DNA of 64,000 nucleotides, taken from assembly GCF_009914755.1 (NCBI RefSeq), contig NC_060929.1; one strand, 5' to 3'. Below are positions 38,050 through 58,679 of the stretch, in pieces (positions within the stretch are counted from its first letter, which is position 1; each line of letters opens with the position of its first letter). The position numbers were made by a program, and so were the translations under genes. Source of the DNA: the human T2T-CHM13v2.0 reference genome, Homo sapiens. The notes under the pieces are model-generated. The model did no database searches and was not told the DNA's origin. It saw only the letters and a program-made list of their open reading frames with translations.

Positions 38050-40700
38050 TTTCTTTTTGTTGTTGCATAGTATTCCATAGTATTGCCTTACCATAGTTTA
38101 TCCATTCACCAGCTGATGGACATTGAATTACACTTAGAGTTTTTGGCTATTGCAAATAATGATGTTATTAACATTTTTAGACAAGTCTTTGTATGTAGAA
38201 GAAATTTTCATTTCTTTTGGATAGGTACCTAAGATGAGTGCTGGGTCATATGGTAAATGTATGTTTAATGTTGTAAGATACTACTAAACAGTTTTATGAA
38301 GTGGATGTATCATTTTTCATTCCCATTAACATTGTATAAGAGTTTCACTTACTCTGCATCCCTGCCATCATTTGCCATCTGTTTAGGCACTCTACTGGGT
38401 GTCTAGTGTTATCTCACTGTGGTTATAATTTGCATTCCCTAATGATTAATGATGTTAAGCATCTTTTCTATTCTTTTTTGCCACTTGTATTTCTTATTTT
38501 GTGAAAAGTCTGTTGCCCATTTTTAAATTGGATTGTTGGCTCTTTTGTATGTGTTAGGGAATTGCAAGAGTGCTTTATATGCTCTGTATTCTGTATACAA
38601 TCTCTTTTTCACATATATGTTTTACAAATATTTCCTCCCAGTCTGTGGTTTGTCTTAACTATTTTTCAAAGGTGAAAAGTTTTTAATTTTGATGGTCTAC
38701 TTTTTCACTTTTTTCTTTATGGCTTGAGGTTTTTGTATTTATGAAATCTTTTCTAACCTAATGCTATGAAGAGTTCTATGATTTCTGTAAGTTTAATAGT
38801 TTCAGCTATTATATTGAGGCCTGTGATCCATTTGGTGTTCATTTTTGTGAATGTTGTGAGTTAAGGGTCAAGGCTTACAGTTATCCAGTTGTTCTAACAC
38901 CATTTGTAGAAAAGAATATCTTTCTCCCCCATTGAATCACTATGACACCTTGGTCAAAAATCAGTTGACCATAAAATGCTAGAGTCTATTAGTGGACTTT
39001 TTGTTCTGTACCACTGATCTATATATGTTTATCCTTATGCTAATACTATATTGTCTTGATTACTGTAGCATTAATAATTCTTGAAATCAGGTAATACAAA
39101 TTATTTAACCTTTTTTTTTTTTCAAAACCGTTTGGCTATTCTAGGTCTTTTGGCTTTACTAATTAATTTTAGCATCAGCATCTCAGTTTCTTCAAAGTAG
39201 GTGCTAGCATTTTGATAGGGTTTGCCTCAATCTATACATCAGTTTGGGCCAGGTTAACAACATTGAGGCCTGCAGTTCATGAACATTTAGTTTTCTTTGC
39301 AATATTTTATTGTTTTCAGTGTACAGTTAGTGAAATTGTTCACTGAGTTTATTCCTATGTATTTTTGATGCTATTGTAAATTTCCTGATTATTCTCTGCT
39401 ACTCTATTAAACCAGAATTGAATTTTGTCTTTGTGTCTTATAACTTTGCTTAATTTATTAGTTCTAATAACTATTTCATAGATTCTTAGGATTGTCTATG
39501 TGATCATGTTGTCTGCAAATAAAGATAGTTTTATGTCATCTTTCCAGTCTCCATGCCTTTTGTTTATTTTTCTTGCCTTATTCTACTGAGGGCTTCCAGT
39601 ACAGTGTTGAATAAAATGTTAAGAAGGGGACATTCTTGCCTTGTTTCTGTTTGTAAATAGAAAGCATTGAGCATTTTACTGTTGAGTATGATGTTATCTG
39701 TACGCTGTTTGAAGACGTTCATGAGTTTGAGGAAGTTCTCTTCAATTCTTCAGGGTGTTTATAATGAATAACGTATTATTTTGGGGTTTTAAAATAGACC
39801 TTTTATGCATCTATTCAAATGACTTTTTTCCTTTATTTTACGAATGTAGTGAATTATATTAATTGATTTTTCGATGTTAAACCAGCTTTGCATTCTCAGG
39901 ATAAATCCTACTTGGTCATAATATAATGTTTCTTTAGAAATTGTTAAATTCAATTTGCAACACTTTTGTTATTTTATATCAGTGTTTATGAAGGATATTG
40001 GTTTGTAGTTTTCTTGTGGTGACTTTGCCTGGTTTGGGTAACATGGTAATACTGGCTTCATAAAATGAGTCCGGTAGTGTTTCCTCTTCCTCCTCTATCT
40101 TGTGAAAGAATTTGTGTAGTATTGCTATTATTTCTTCTTTAAGAGGGATAGAATTCGTCTGTGAAGCCAGCGGGCCAAGAGGGTTTATAATTGTGAATTC
40201 ATTTTCTTTAATCAGCATAGAACTATTCAAATTTTCTGTTTCCCTTGGGGTCAAATTTAGTCATTTGTGTCTTTCAAGGAATTTACTCAATGTTTCAATG
40301 TATTGGAATAAAACTATTCTTAATATTCCATTGTTATTAATATCTCCAGAAGCTGAAGTTGAGATTGATAATTTTGTCATTTTTTTCTTTTGTTCTGAGT
40401 GACCCAACTAGATTTTCATCACTTTTGTTGATCTTTTTAGAGAACTATTTTTAGTTTCATTGATCTTTATTCTTTCTTCATTTTCTATTTCACTGATTTT
40501 TTTTCGCCTTTATTATTTTCTGCCTTATACTTACTTTGGATGTTATTTGATATTCCTTTTCTAATTCTGGGTGCAGACTGCAGATCTTTGAGTTTTAGAT
40601 TTTTGGACTTTTCTAATAAAAACATTTAAAGCTATCAATTTTTCTTTAAACATTACTTTAGTTGTTTAAACATTACTTTAGTTGCATCCCACGAGTTTTG
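38050..40700 (-). mobile_element. Old L1M ORF2 remnant (continues at about 46780-47460 after the L1PA insertion)
   Basis: ORF 39979-40254 LPDSFYEASITMLPKPGK and other degraded ORF2 motifs. Confidence 0.7.
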
Positions 40701-40715
40701 TAGTTTTATTATTAC

Positions 40716-46760
<6,045 letters not shown>

Positions 46761-49595
46761 GCTGTTTTATTTTTATTTTCATTTAAAGATAATTTCTAAT
46801 TTAATTATTATTTCTTTGTTCTTTGTGATTTATGGATTATTTAGAAGTGTGCTTTTAAGTTACAAATATTTAGAGTTTTCCTAGTTATTGTTACTGATTT
46901 TTAAATTTTACCTACCTTGGTCAAGTATCATTTTGTGTGATTTCAGTCTTTCTAAATTTATTAAGACTTGTCATATGACCCAGAATATTGTCTGTCCTGG
47001 CAAACGTAGCATATACACTTGAAAAGAATATGTATTTTGCTATTTTTGGGTGTAATATAAATATAAATTAAGATAATGTTCATATATTCTTTGTCTTTAT
47101 TGATTTCTTTTGTCTGTGTAATTATATTGTTTGCAGAGAGAGGGGTGTTAAATCTCCAGTTATGATTGTGGAATTGTTTATAATCTAATTCCTTAAATTT
47201 TTGTATCATGTAAACATTTGTGATTGTTATGTCTTCCTTATTGACCTTTACTCTTGAAATCTATCTTATCTGATATTACTGTAACCACTCCACTGTCTTC
47301 TTATGCTTACTATTTATGTAGTATATCTTTCTCCATCCATTTACTTCCTGCCTGCCTGTGTCTTTATATTTAAAGTGTGTCTTTTGTAGGTGGTAAATAG
47401 TTGTTCCCTTTTAAAAAATCCATTCTGACCATCTCTTTTTACTGGAATGTTTAGTTCATTTGCTAGGTGGAGGACACCAACTTAATTCCATTTAAATTAT
47501 TTCCTTAGAATGGGAGTTTCATATCTCATTTTCATATCACACTGGTAGTCTGTATGTAGTCCACAAACCATGTGAGGTCTGACTTAAAGGTTTTTTCCTC
47601 CTCTTCAGTTAGCACTGAGGTCAAGTCAGACAGGTTTCTGTCTTGTCTTTCTGTTTAGGGCAGATTTTTTTTACCCAGTTTGTATTTTCATTTGGGGTGT
47701 AACTCTTTGCATCAGCTTTTTTGGACTTCTCACATTGGGCCTGTCCTAGGCTTTTTCCTTTGGCCATTAGAGGAGAAGCTCAAACTCTAGTTGTTTCTGT
47801 GCCTGTAACTCTAAATTTCAGCCTTCATATTATTTTTGGACATTGAGGATCATTTTACTCTTCTACCAGCTCAGTAGTACATTTGGTACCTTTGTGCAAA
47901 TTAGAAAAATGTTCCATTTCATCCAGGCCATTGCAACAACATGCTAGAGTAAATAGATTGGTGGGCAGAATATAGGCTGGATTTCAGTCCTAACTTGTCC
48001 TTTCAGTTGAGTATCTTTACAGGTGACCCTGTAAGCTTGTGTTGTAGTGCTGTTTTTGTTTTGACTGATGACACATGACAATCTTTTGTCATTTCAGATT
48101 TGTGTTCTGTGTGCAGACATTAATTTGGATTATGTTATTTTATAATTTGGATTGTGTTTAGCCAGCTATCTATAAAATTACATTTAAAAAATATATAGCA
48201 CAGACAATTAGTGTTTGGTTCTTCAAAAGTAAAGAGTTAGTAATAACTTAAGTGTGGTCAACTACATCCTCTGAAAGGCCTTTTAGCTGCAAAATAATCA
48301 GATCCTGGGCTTACAGTAAGTACGTGAAATTTCTTAGGTTTTTATTTTTCTTCCCACTCCTCTGCTCTCTGATTCTGTGTCTCTCCTTTCTCTGACCTCC
48401 TCCCTCCCAGCCTCTCCCATCATCCAGATCAAAAAGTGAACTTTAATCGGGGTGGGACGGGTCAAACAGCAAACAAGGGCAAAAAGCAGGGTTGCTCTCA
48501 AAGACAGATAATAAATATCAATGATGAAATTCGTGACAAAGCCTTAGGCCGGTAGCAAGATAGGTGTACCAACCTGAGACTCTTGTATTAAGTTGAACCC
48601 TCAAAAGGGTATAAAATGGTTTTAAATTGGTAGATACCCTGGCTTCCAGCAGAAGGGAATGAAAACCTCTTCCAAAGGATCAACCATAATTTAGGGCCTT
48701 GGAAATCCTGCAGATTAAGTTAAACAAGTGTTCATAGTAAACAAAAACAATAAAAGCCAGCACATAAACAATGAAGTAAGCTGCCATGAATGAGCACTAA
48801 CAAAAATAAGTTATCTATTTGATTTAGAACCCCTATCTCCTAAAGACTCTTAAGATGTTGGAATTGGATAGGAATATAAAGCAATTATGTGCGAAATAGT
48901 TAAAGAAATAAAAAATAGAATCACAAATGAGCACATAACAGGAGTGTGAAAAACAACCAGGAGGATATGAAAAGGACCTGAAAAAACTTTTTTTATTGAA
49001 AACTTTGTGATCTAAAATTTCATGGATGTGTTAAACAGTAAATTGGACCCAACTGAGGAAAGAGTTGGCTAACTGGCAGTTAGAACTGAAGAAATTTTCA
49101 AGACTGCAGGAAAAAAGGAAAATGAAAATATTAAAAGAGACGTTAAAGGATGGAATGAGGTCAGGTATGTCAAAATGAGTCCCAGAAAGATAGAATAGAG
49201 GAAGGAGGAGAGGTGATAACTGAAGAAATTCTGAGAATTTTTTTGACTTAATAGAAGACATGAGTTCATCAATACAGCAAGCCCAACATATACCCATCAG
49301 AAACAGAAAAACAAAACTTTAGTCAAACTATATAACCCCAAAGACAAAATGTTAAAAGCAGCTGGAGAAGAAAGATCACTTAGAAAGTAGTGTAAACTGG
49401 ACTGATAACTCAACTTCTCAACAGTAAAAATGGAAGCCAGAAGGTGTTAGAATATTATTCTCAAATAACTGAGCAAAAATAACTGCCAGGCTGTTATTGT
49501 ATATCAGCAAAAATATCTTTCGAGAAAAACGATATACAATAGAGATTTCAGACAAGTGAAAGCAGAACGTTTTCTACTAGCCGATCTTTCATTAA

Positions 49596-50021
<426 letters not shown>

Positions 50022-50653
50022 GTAAACACATTCATTTTAACATTCATAGTCTGTACAAAATAAGGATTATGTGTAATTTGTGGAATTAAGAACAGAATAA
50101 AAACATGAAAAGACAGAAGCATGTCAGAGAGAGAGTCGGGGGAGTGATGAGAATTAAAATTATTTTAAGTCCTTGTCTTATTTAGGAAGGGAATTAAAAT
50201 GGCAGCACTTCAAGGGTAACAACTAAAAGAGTAGAAACTGTATGATTGTCTCCCATAACCCAGCAAAGAGAAAATAATGAAATAGAAAAATAAGCAAATT
50301 CAATTTTTTTAAAAGCCAAGAAAGGAAAATAACCAGAGACAATAGGACAATAGACAATAAAAAAATGGTAGGAGTGTTCCAGATATGTTATTAATCCAAT
50401 AAACATAAATGAGTTAAATTTACAGTTAAACCAGATTATAAATTTGAATATTTTAAAAATAGCCAATTAATTATAAGTTACATACTCAAAACATTAAAAC
50501 ATGGAAAGTTGAAAGTAAAAGGATTTTTTAAAATGTGCTATGCAAATATGAACGTATAGGAGGCTAGGATCATTGTTAATATCAAACAAAAATGACTTGA
50601 AGAGAAAAAGCATTATTAAAACTAGAGCTAATAGTTTGTGTACCAGGAAGGTA

Positions 50654-50883
50654 CAGGTTGAGCACACCAAATTCAAAAATCTGGAATCTGAAATGCTCCA
50701 AAATTTAAAACTTTTTGAGCACTGACATGATGCTCAGAGGAAATGCTCATTCAAGCATTAAGAATTTCGGATTTTTGGAATTGTCATTGTCACCCAGGCA
50801 TGCAAATATTCCAAAATCTGAAAAAATTCAGAACTGAGAGCACTTCTGGTCCCAAGTATTTCAGATCAGGGGTACTCAACCTG
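50654..50883. mobile_element. MER46/Tigger4-like non-autonomous Tc1-mariner element
   Basis: Terminal inverted repeats CAGGTTGAG ... CTCAACCTG with TA duplication on both sides. Confidence 0.85.
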
Positions 50884-52262
50884 TATAACAATTTTAGATA
50901 TCTAGTACTTAGTGAAGTAGTATCAAAACATATCAAGCAAAAATTGATAGTCGTGCAGGGAGAAATGGACAGACTTGCCATCATAATGGAAGGCTGCAGT
51001 ACACTTCTTAATTGTTGGCATATCAAATAAGTAGCAAGTTAGTAAATTTAGGAGGGATTTGAACAATGTGATTAACAGACTTTAATGAATTGATGTATAT
51101 AAAACACTGGAACCAACAGTTTGAAAATACCAGTTTTCTCCAGGGCACATGGCGTGTTTTAAAAAAAATTGTCCAAGCATTAGCATATGAAGTGAGTCTC
51201 AGCAAATGTCAATGACTCAGTGTCATAGAGACCACTTTTTTTTTTTTGCAGTGTAGTTTTAATTGCTGATTGGTTAAAAAAAAACTAAATTGCAAAACAA
51301 AACAAAAACCCCACAAAACCCCATACACTTGGGAATTTAAAACATATACTTGTAAATATGAGGTAAAAGAAATCTTGAGGAAAATTTTAAAATAGAGTTA
51401 ACACATAATACAGAAATACAACATTTTTGGAATATAGTGAAAGACTTAATTCAAAGGAGATTTATTGACCAAAAAGCTTATTTAGAAAAGAAAAAAGGCC
51501 AGAATGTTGGGACCTAAGAATCTAACTTGAGAAGTTAGAATGAGAGGAACAGATTAAACCCTGAGAATGGAGAAAGAAGGAAACGAAGCAGAAATTAATG
51601 AACTAAAAAATAAAGATACAGTAGAATTAAAAAATCAGAAGTTAGATCTTTAAAAAGACAAGAGTAACAAACCTCTTGTGATTAGGAAGAAAGAATTCAC
51701 AAATATATACTATTAGGAACAAATAGAGGAAATTTAATAATGGATACAGCAAAGATTTAAAAGGTAAAATCATTCTTGCTATTTCCAGAGGTCAATAAAT
51801 GAGGAAATGAATAAATTTCTAGAAAAAATACTAAAATTGACTTAAAAAAGAGACAAGAATTTAGAAGATGTTTGCAACACACACTAAGCAAGAATCACCA
51901 TCTACAAGAATATGGGAAGAATTCTTACAAATCAGTAAAATAAACAGTTCTTTAGGAAAATGATCAATAGCAAATAGGCATCTGGCAGAAAAACATAAAT
52001 GGTGCATATACAAAAAACCCAACTTCATTACCAATAAAAGAAGTAGACCACATGAAATATATTTTCCTGTCTACTGGGAATAAATCATAAGAAATCTTAC
52101 AGAAAAATGTGAGTCAAAAGGAATTCTTATATACTTCTGGTGGGAGTATAAAGTGGAATCAGTTGGAAATGGAATAGAAATGAATTTGGTGTAGTCTTGT
52201 AAAGCAGAACATTTGAATACCCATTGACCTGACCCTTGAACCGTCACATGTGTCCTCTAGAA

Positions 52263-52617
52263 CAGGGGTCCCCAAACCCCAGGCCATGAAGCGGTACTGG
52301 TTCATGGCTTGCCAGGAACTGGGTTGCACAGCAGGAGGCGAGCGGCAGGTGAACAAGCATTACTGCCTGAGCTCCACCTCCTGTCAGATCAGCAGCGGCA
52401 TTAGATTCTCTCATAGGAGCGTGAACCCTATTGTGAAGTGCACATGCGAGGGATCTAAGTTGCACACTCCTTTTGAGAATCTAATGTGTATAATGCCTGA
52501 TGACCCGAGGTGGAACAGTTTCATCCCAAAACCATCACCTCCCCTTCCTCCCCAGTCCGTGGAAAAATTGTATTCCATGCAACCTGTGCCTGGCACCAAA
52601 AAGGTAGGGGACTGCTG
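52263..52617. mobile_element. MER1B-like hAT-Charlie element
   Basis: caggggtccccaaacccc ... ggtaggggactgctg; perfect 8-bp TSD CTCTAGAA at 52255-52262 and 52618-52625. Confidence 0.9.
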
Positions 52618-54059
52618 CTCTAGAAAATCTGTACACAAAATGTACAATAATATTCATAGCATTATTGTTTATAATGTCAAAAAGTGGAAACAGCTCAGAT
52701 GCTCATCAATATGAAGATGAATAAATAGATCATAATGTAATTATACAATATTATATAAAAAAATGAATGAACTATACCTAGTGAGTGTCAGAGATAAGAT
52801 GTTTAATGAAAAGCAACTCTCAGGAAGCTACATACAGCATGAAACGTAATAAAGTCTCCAAACAAATGAGACTTGAAGTGTCTTGTTTAGGAATATATGT
52901 ATATGTGAGGAAGCTTTAAAAAATCAAAAGAATAATAAGCATTAAATATTGACTCATGCTTACTTCTAGGGTGGAAGGTAAGGGGACAAGCTCGGGAATG
53001 GTATGGAGGTAGATGTGACAGTATTGCTAATGCATTGATTGTTCTACTGGGTAGGTGTTTGTTTTGTTACACTTCATATGCGTTACATATATGTTTTCAT
53101 ATATATCAATTATTACATTAAAATGTAAACAGATTCAGTTGGAAAAGACCTATTTTCCTTCAAAAGGATATTGAATGAAGATATGAATGTTTTAAAATAC
53201 ATGAATCAGTTAGTTGAAATGTAATAATTTAGTGGTATTACATAGGACTATCTCTTGAATAAAATGCCAGACCTCATTCTTTGTTAATATAAACCGAAGG
53301 AGTTTTTATAGTTGGATACACTATGCAGTTTTAGTAAAATAACATTTCAGAGTCTGTAATATAATGCCTAGTACTTAGAAAATTTTTAATAGTATTAGTC
53401 AAAAGGTCAGTGGGAAAGAATCTGTCTGCCCTTTTAGAGATATCTGTGGTCTGCTCAAAATGATCATTTTATATTATGAAAAATGCCTAACATGGCCCTA
53501 GTTTGTATACACTGTGTGTAGTAGTATTAGTTTTTTTGCGTGTGTGAACACTTCAGTTAGTGTTGAACAAAGAAAATTATATGCTCTTGTTATGTGTGCT
53601 TTAATTTAGATGCTTAATGGCTTTTAATGTTACAAAATAAGTTTATTATTATATTATGATCTCATTTGTATTATATTGTCTCGCTCTTCTGTATTTGTGG
53701 TGATATGGTCATGGTTTACGAAAACAATAATCCGTAAGAAATAGGTCATTAACAGTAGTTAACGTTTACTTGTGATCTATGGTAATGACTGATTTCTTTG
53801 GGATTACTGCAGTTATAAACCATAATTACAGATTATTACAGCAATAATTATTTTGTTAAGGAAAAAATGTTCTATGTTTGAACAGCTGCTAAAACAAGCA
53901 CCCTGAACATTTCAGGATAAATAGAAAAATGGAAAATTATAATGGAAATTTAGTATTATTATAAAATGAGATTTAAAAAAAATTATAGATATGAAACTTA
54001 TGTAGCAGATTTTTTTCTCTAAATGCAATTTAGATACGTGTATTTACATGGTTCTTTAA

Positions 54060-54460
54060 ATTTTGTGAATGTAATTATGTTACCAAAATAACATTTTTTG
54101 TATATATTTAAGGTGTACGGCATGATGTTTTGATAAATACGTAGCGAAATGACTACTACAGTCAGCCAAATTATCCTATCACCTTCCATAGTTACCATTT
54201 TTAAAATTTTTGTGGTAAGAGCACTTAAAATCTAATCTTTTAGCAAATAAAGTATTACTAACTATAGTCCTCATGCTGTACATTAGTAGACTTACTCCTC
54301 CTGTACAACTGCAAGTTTGTACCATTTGACCTAATTTCTAATTTCCTCCCTTTCCTTACCTCTAGTAACCACCATTTTACACTCTGTTCCTATGTATTCT
54401 ACCTTTTTTTAAGGTTCTGCATATGAGTGAGACCGTATAGTATTTTTCTTTCTGTTAGTA
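54060..54460 (-). mobile_element. L1MA-like 3' fragment
   Basis: tatatttaaggtgtacggcatgatgttttg...actatagtcctcatgctgtacattag. Confidence 0.65.
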
Positions 54461-54614
54461 GCTAATTTCCGAAAGTAGCTTCTTAACATTTACTGTTTTG
54501 AACACTGTGAGTCTAAAATTGTTCAGGGTTAGGAAATAGTTTAACGTTTATGAGAAATACTGTTTCTCTTTCATCTAAATATCAAAATTGTATTTGACAG
54601 CTTAATAAGAACGT

Positions 54615-54903
<289 letters not shown>

Positions 54904-56794
54904 CCAATAATAATGTCTTTATATTTCACTGTTCATCTCTAACATTAATTCTAACTCATTCAGTACTTGCTCGATTTTTAAGGTTTAAGAAATATCTTCT
55001 TTTCATTTCTCATACAATAGAAACCATTGCTTTCTAAAACAGAGTAAATATGTACTCTATTTTTCTCTAAGTAAACTTCCTTTCAAAATTTACTGTAATT
55101 TTAGAAGAAAATGCTCATAATTAATCACATGCTATCTTTGCACAGCATTCTTTGATCTAATAAGTTTAATTCCAAGGTCACAGAAATTAGTACAAATTTA
55201 AATTTTGAGAAATTCACATTTTATATTTAGATACTTTACTCATTCTGTTTTTAAACAATGGTGCTCATCATACTGCATTGCAAAAATTATTGATTTTTTC
55301 CTCTATCTTATCTGTCTCTCACTAGGCTCAGTTCCCTGAGCATGGAGTCTCTCTCTCCCCTGCCCCAGCCTTTCCCATACATTTGTGTATTTAGTTATAT
55401 CCCTAGCACAGAACATGATACAAAGTAGATACTTACAGCAGATGTTTTTCTGGAATGTCTTTTACTTGGAATTTTTTTTTTTCCTGGTTGGAGGGTGTTT
55501 GTTTTACTAACAGCATTAGAAAGTGTATATGGCTAGTCGTAACTAGCTTTAATTGTAATAAGCCTCTTTGGTAGAGAGGAAAGAACTTAAAAATTCTTAT
55601 TGTGTGACTTCATTTTCTTGAGCAGCATCTGACGTAAGGCACAGAAAGAACATGGATGTTACATATTGGTATGTCTTATGTTTTTTTGTAGGTATGATAC
55701 AGAACCACGTTAAAAAGGGGATGACAATTTAATAATAGTTACACTAGCCAACATTTACTGAGCACTTATAGCACTTACTCATATATTTTACATGCAAAAT
55801 ACCAGTTGGTGCTTGTCACAACTCTATGGGCCAGGTATTATTATCCTTGTAAGATTAAGTAGCCTAGTGTAAATAAGTACTAGAGGCAGGATTTGAACCT
55901 AGGCTGTGTTCTTATTAGCTAAATTGTACTGCTTCCCTTTTTTTAAAACAAATATTTATCTTCCAGTAGAGAAATATAAAAAATTACATGCACGGTGAGG
56001 TCTTTGTCTGTTTTCAGGTAGGCATGTTTTATCAAGGGCTAATAGGCAGGTATTTCTATGTTTACATTATTGGTAAGCCCAAAAAATTAAGCTTGCTTAT
56101 TTTAAATTCAGCTATATCAACAAGTATTCATTTTATGTGTCTTGTTTTGGGAATCAAAAAAAGTGTGAAATGTCTCCTTGGTAATGATCCCCAAAGCATA
56201 TGCAGTCTCATCTGTGATAAAGACTCAGGAGACAGCTAAAGAACAGTTCAGGGTTAGGACTCATAATGTGTTAAACGCTTAAGAGATTGTTGGATTATAA
56301 GATACTGTTGGATCTTGAAGGTCTGTCTAGCTAATTGACAACTGTATTGCTGGAGCATTCCCTTTTACCAATCTTGAGAGGAAGTATAATAGTTTGAGAA
56401 TGAACTTTTGGAAATTCATTGCCTAGATTTCAGTCACAGCTCTGCACTTTTAAATAGGGACTTGTAATATTAAATGAATATAGATACAGTACTTAGAACA
56501 GTGCCTAGTGCAGAGTAACTACTATATAAATGTTTGCTATTATTTTTAATAGTAATAAAGGCTTGTTTTAAGAAACCAGTATCTAAAAATCTAAATTGAT
56601 AAAACATAACAGGAAGGTAATTATTTACATTTAAGTGTTTTTCATTTTGAGAAATAATTTACAATAGGAGATTTTAAAAAGAATGACTCCTACAGAGAGT
56701 CATTACATATGCATTCACCAAAAGTCATGCTTGCAATGTTTTAGATTCACATCCATTACATGAAGTGTATAACATATCCTACACACAATTGGAG

Positions 56795-57438
56795 CATAGT
56801 CTGTTAATAGCGACCTCTGTAAAATTCTAAGAAATACTACTAATTGTCATTGTTTGGTAGTTATGTTATATAAAGTCGCTGTGAACAATAAATTAGCAAA
56901 TACCGAACCATTGCTCCTGTGGGCCTCTGACCACAACATTTTCATCAGCTAACCAACACATGACCTTTTTTTAAGTATGTTTCTGTAGAAAGACACCTTA
57001 TTCAGTATATATTGTCGATTTATTGACACTGAACTCATAGCCAGCAGCACTATTTTTCATGCTGGAACAAAGCTTATCTAACATGTGTTTTCTATATAAG
57101 ACACATAACAAGCCTTTTTTCTTTAGGAACACTGCATAGCATTTCAGCATTATGCTTAGATCATCTTAAACAGTGAAATCACTAACAAAAAACACAAAAA
57201 TGTGGCAGTAGATAGACCATTAAAAACATACTTGTTTACATTATGAAGCTGAAACAAGAAGGTAGAGTTTCACTTTGTTTGCTCTGAGCTTGAAACATGT
57301 GTACTGGACAACTACAGATTTTCACTGCTTTGCACATTAGCAGGTGACTGAGAGTATTGATTTTGGGATTATAAATAAATTTTATCAAGTAGGCAAATTC
57401 ACAAATAATGGAATCTGTGAATAATGAGGATCAACTAT
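56795..57438. mobile_element. Probable Tigger-family DNA transposon remnant
   Basis: aaagtcgctgtgaacaataaattagcaaataccgaacc and terminal gaataatgaggatcaactata; subfamily and edges uncertain. Confidence 0.5.
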
Positions 57439-57847
57439 ATCATATCTTATATTGAGTATTATTGGAGAAGTTGCTTTAATTTAAGCAATAGAAATATAAT
57501 TACTATTACCATTCATTATTAATAATGGGTCTACATTTTAATACATTTATTAAATTGGTAATGTTAACCTTTCCTTTCCTTTTTCATGCCATGTTTTCTA
57601 TATAATGATTTCTTAATTCAGTAACCCATATCTGTTGATAATGTATAATATACCCAGCGTTGTTTTAGGCTCTGGAGATACAATAGAGAACAAAACAGAC
57701 AAAAATACCTGTTTTCATGCAGTTTACATTCTGTTGGAATACACAGGTAACATAAAAGATAAGTATGTAAAATATGTTAGAAAATGTTAAGTGCTAAGAT
57801 TTAAAATAATGAAGCAAGGAAAGAAGATAGGAAATGCTGGGGGGGAT

Positions 57848-58375
57848 TGTATTATCTATTACCAGAACTTAATGGCTTATCAGGTAACAATTGCATTATT
57901 ATCTCTCAGTGTTCTGGGGGTTGATAAGTCTCAGATGGTTCTCTTCAGGGGTCTTTCAGTCATTGTAATCAGATGACAGCTGGGGCTGGAGTTGCCTGAA
58001 TGCTTCTTTACTCACCTGTCTGGTGTGTGTGCTGGAATGCTTAGAGTGTATACTCTATCTAGTTGGGCATTTCTCTCTCTGTTCAATCTCTCCAGATGGC
58101 TAGTTCGGGCCTCCTAATAGTATAATGGTCTCAGGGTATATGGTCTTCTTAAATGGTGGCAGGCTTCCCCAGAGTGAACATTCTCTGAGAGACTGGAGGA
58201 ATTTGCCAGTTCTTGTAAAGGTTAGGCACAGTACTAGGATGGCGTCACTTTCACCAAATTCTATTGGTCAAAGCAGTTACAAATTTCCAAAGATTGGAAG
58301 AATAAACTCCACCTCTTGATGGCATATACATACATGGAAGGAATTGGTGATGAGTATTTGAAGACAGACTACCAT
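57848..58375. mobile_element. Probable MLT1-type MaLR LTR remnant
   Basis: cagctggggctggagttg...tcactttcaccaaattctattggtcaaagcag...actccacctcttgatgg motifs. Confidence 0.55.
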
Positions 58376-58679
58376 GCTAAGTATTGAAAATTGATAGGAT
58401 ATCTTGGTAAGGTCTGAGAAGGTGACATCAAGTAAGACTGGTCAGCATAGTTGTATCTTTCCCCAGTTATATTAAACTGTGTGAGTACTGGCAAAGAGTA
58501 GTGGTGTATCGGACATAAACAGTCATGGTTTTGTAAGATGAGTATATCATAGCAAAAGAGGAGCTAAATGTAAGTGCAAGGCAGAGATGATAATGATTGA
58601 CCATATAATTAAAGCTAAGTACCTAGGATAGATAATATGTGAAGGGTATAAGAGAGAGTGAAAAAATGGCAGATTCCCA

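Noticed and set aside
52250-52714. 154-aa ORF
   Set aside because: Lies almost entirely within the MER1B-like element; no exon or domain evidence
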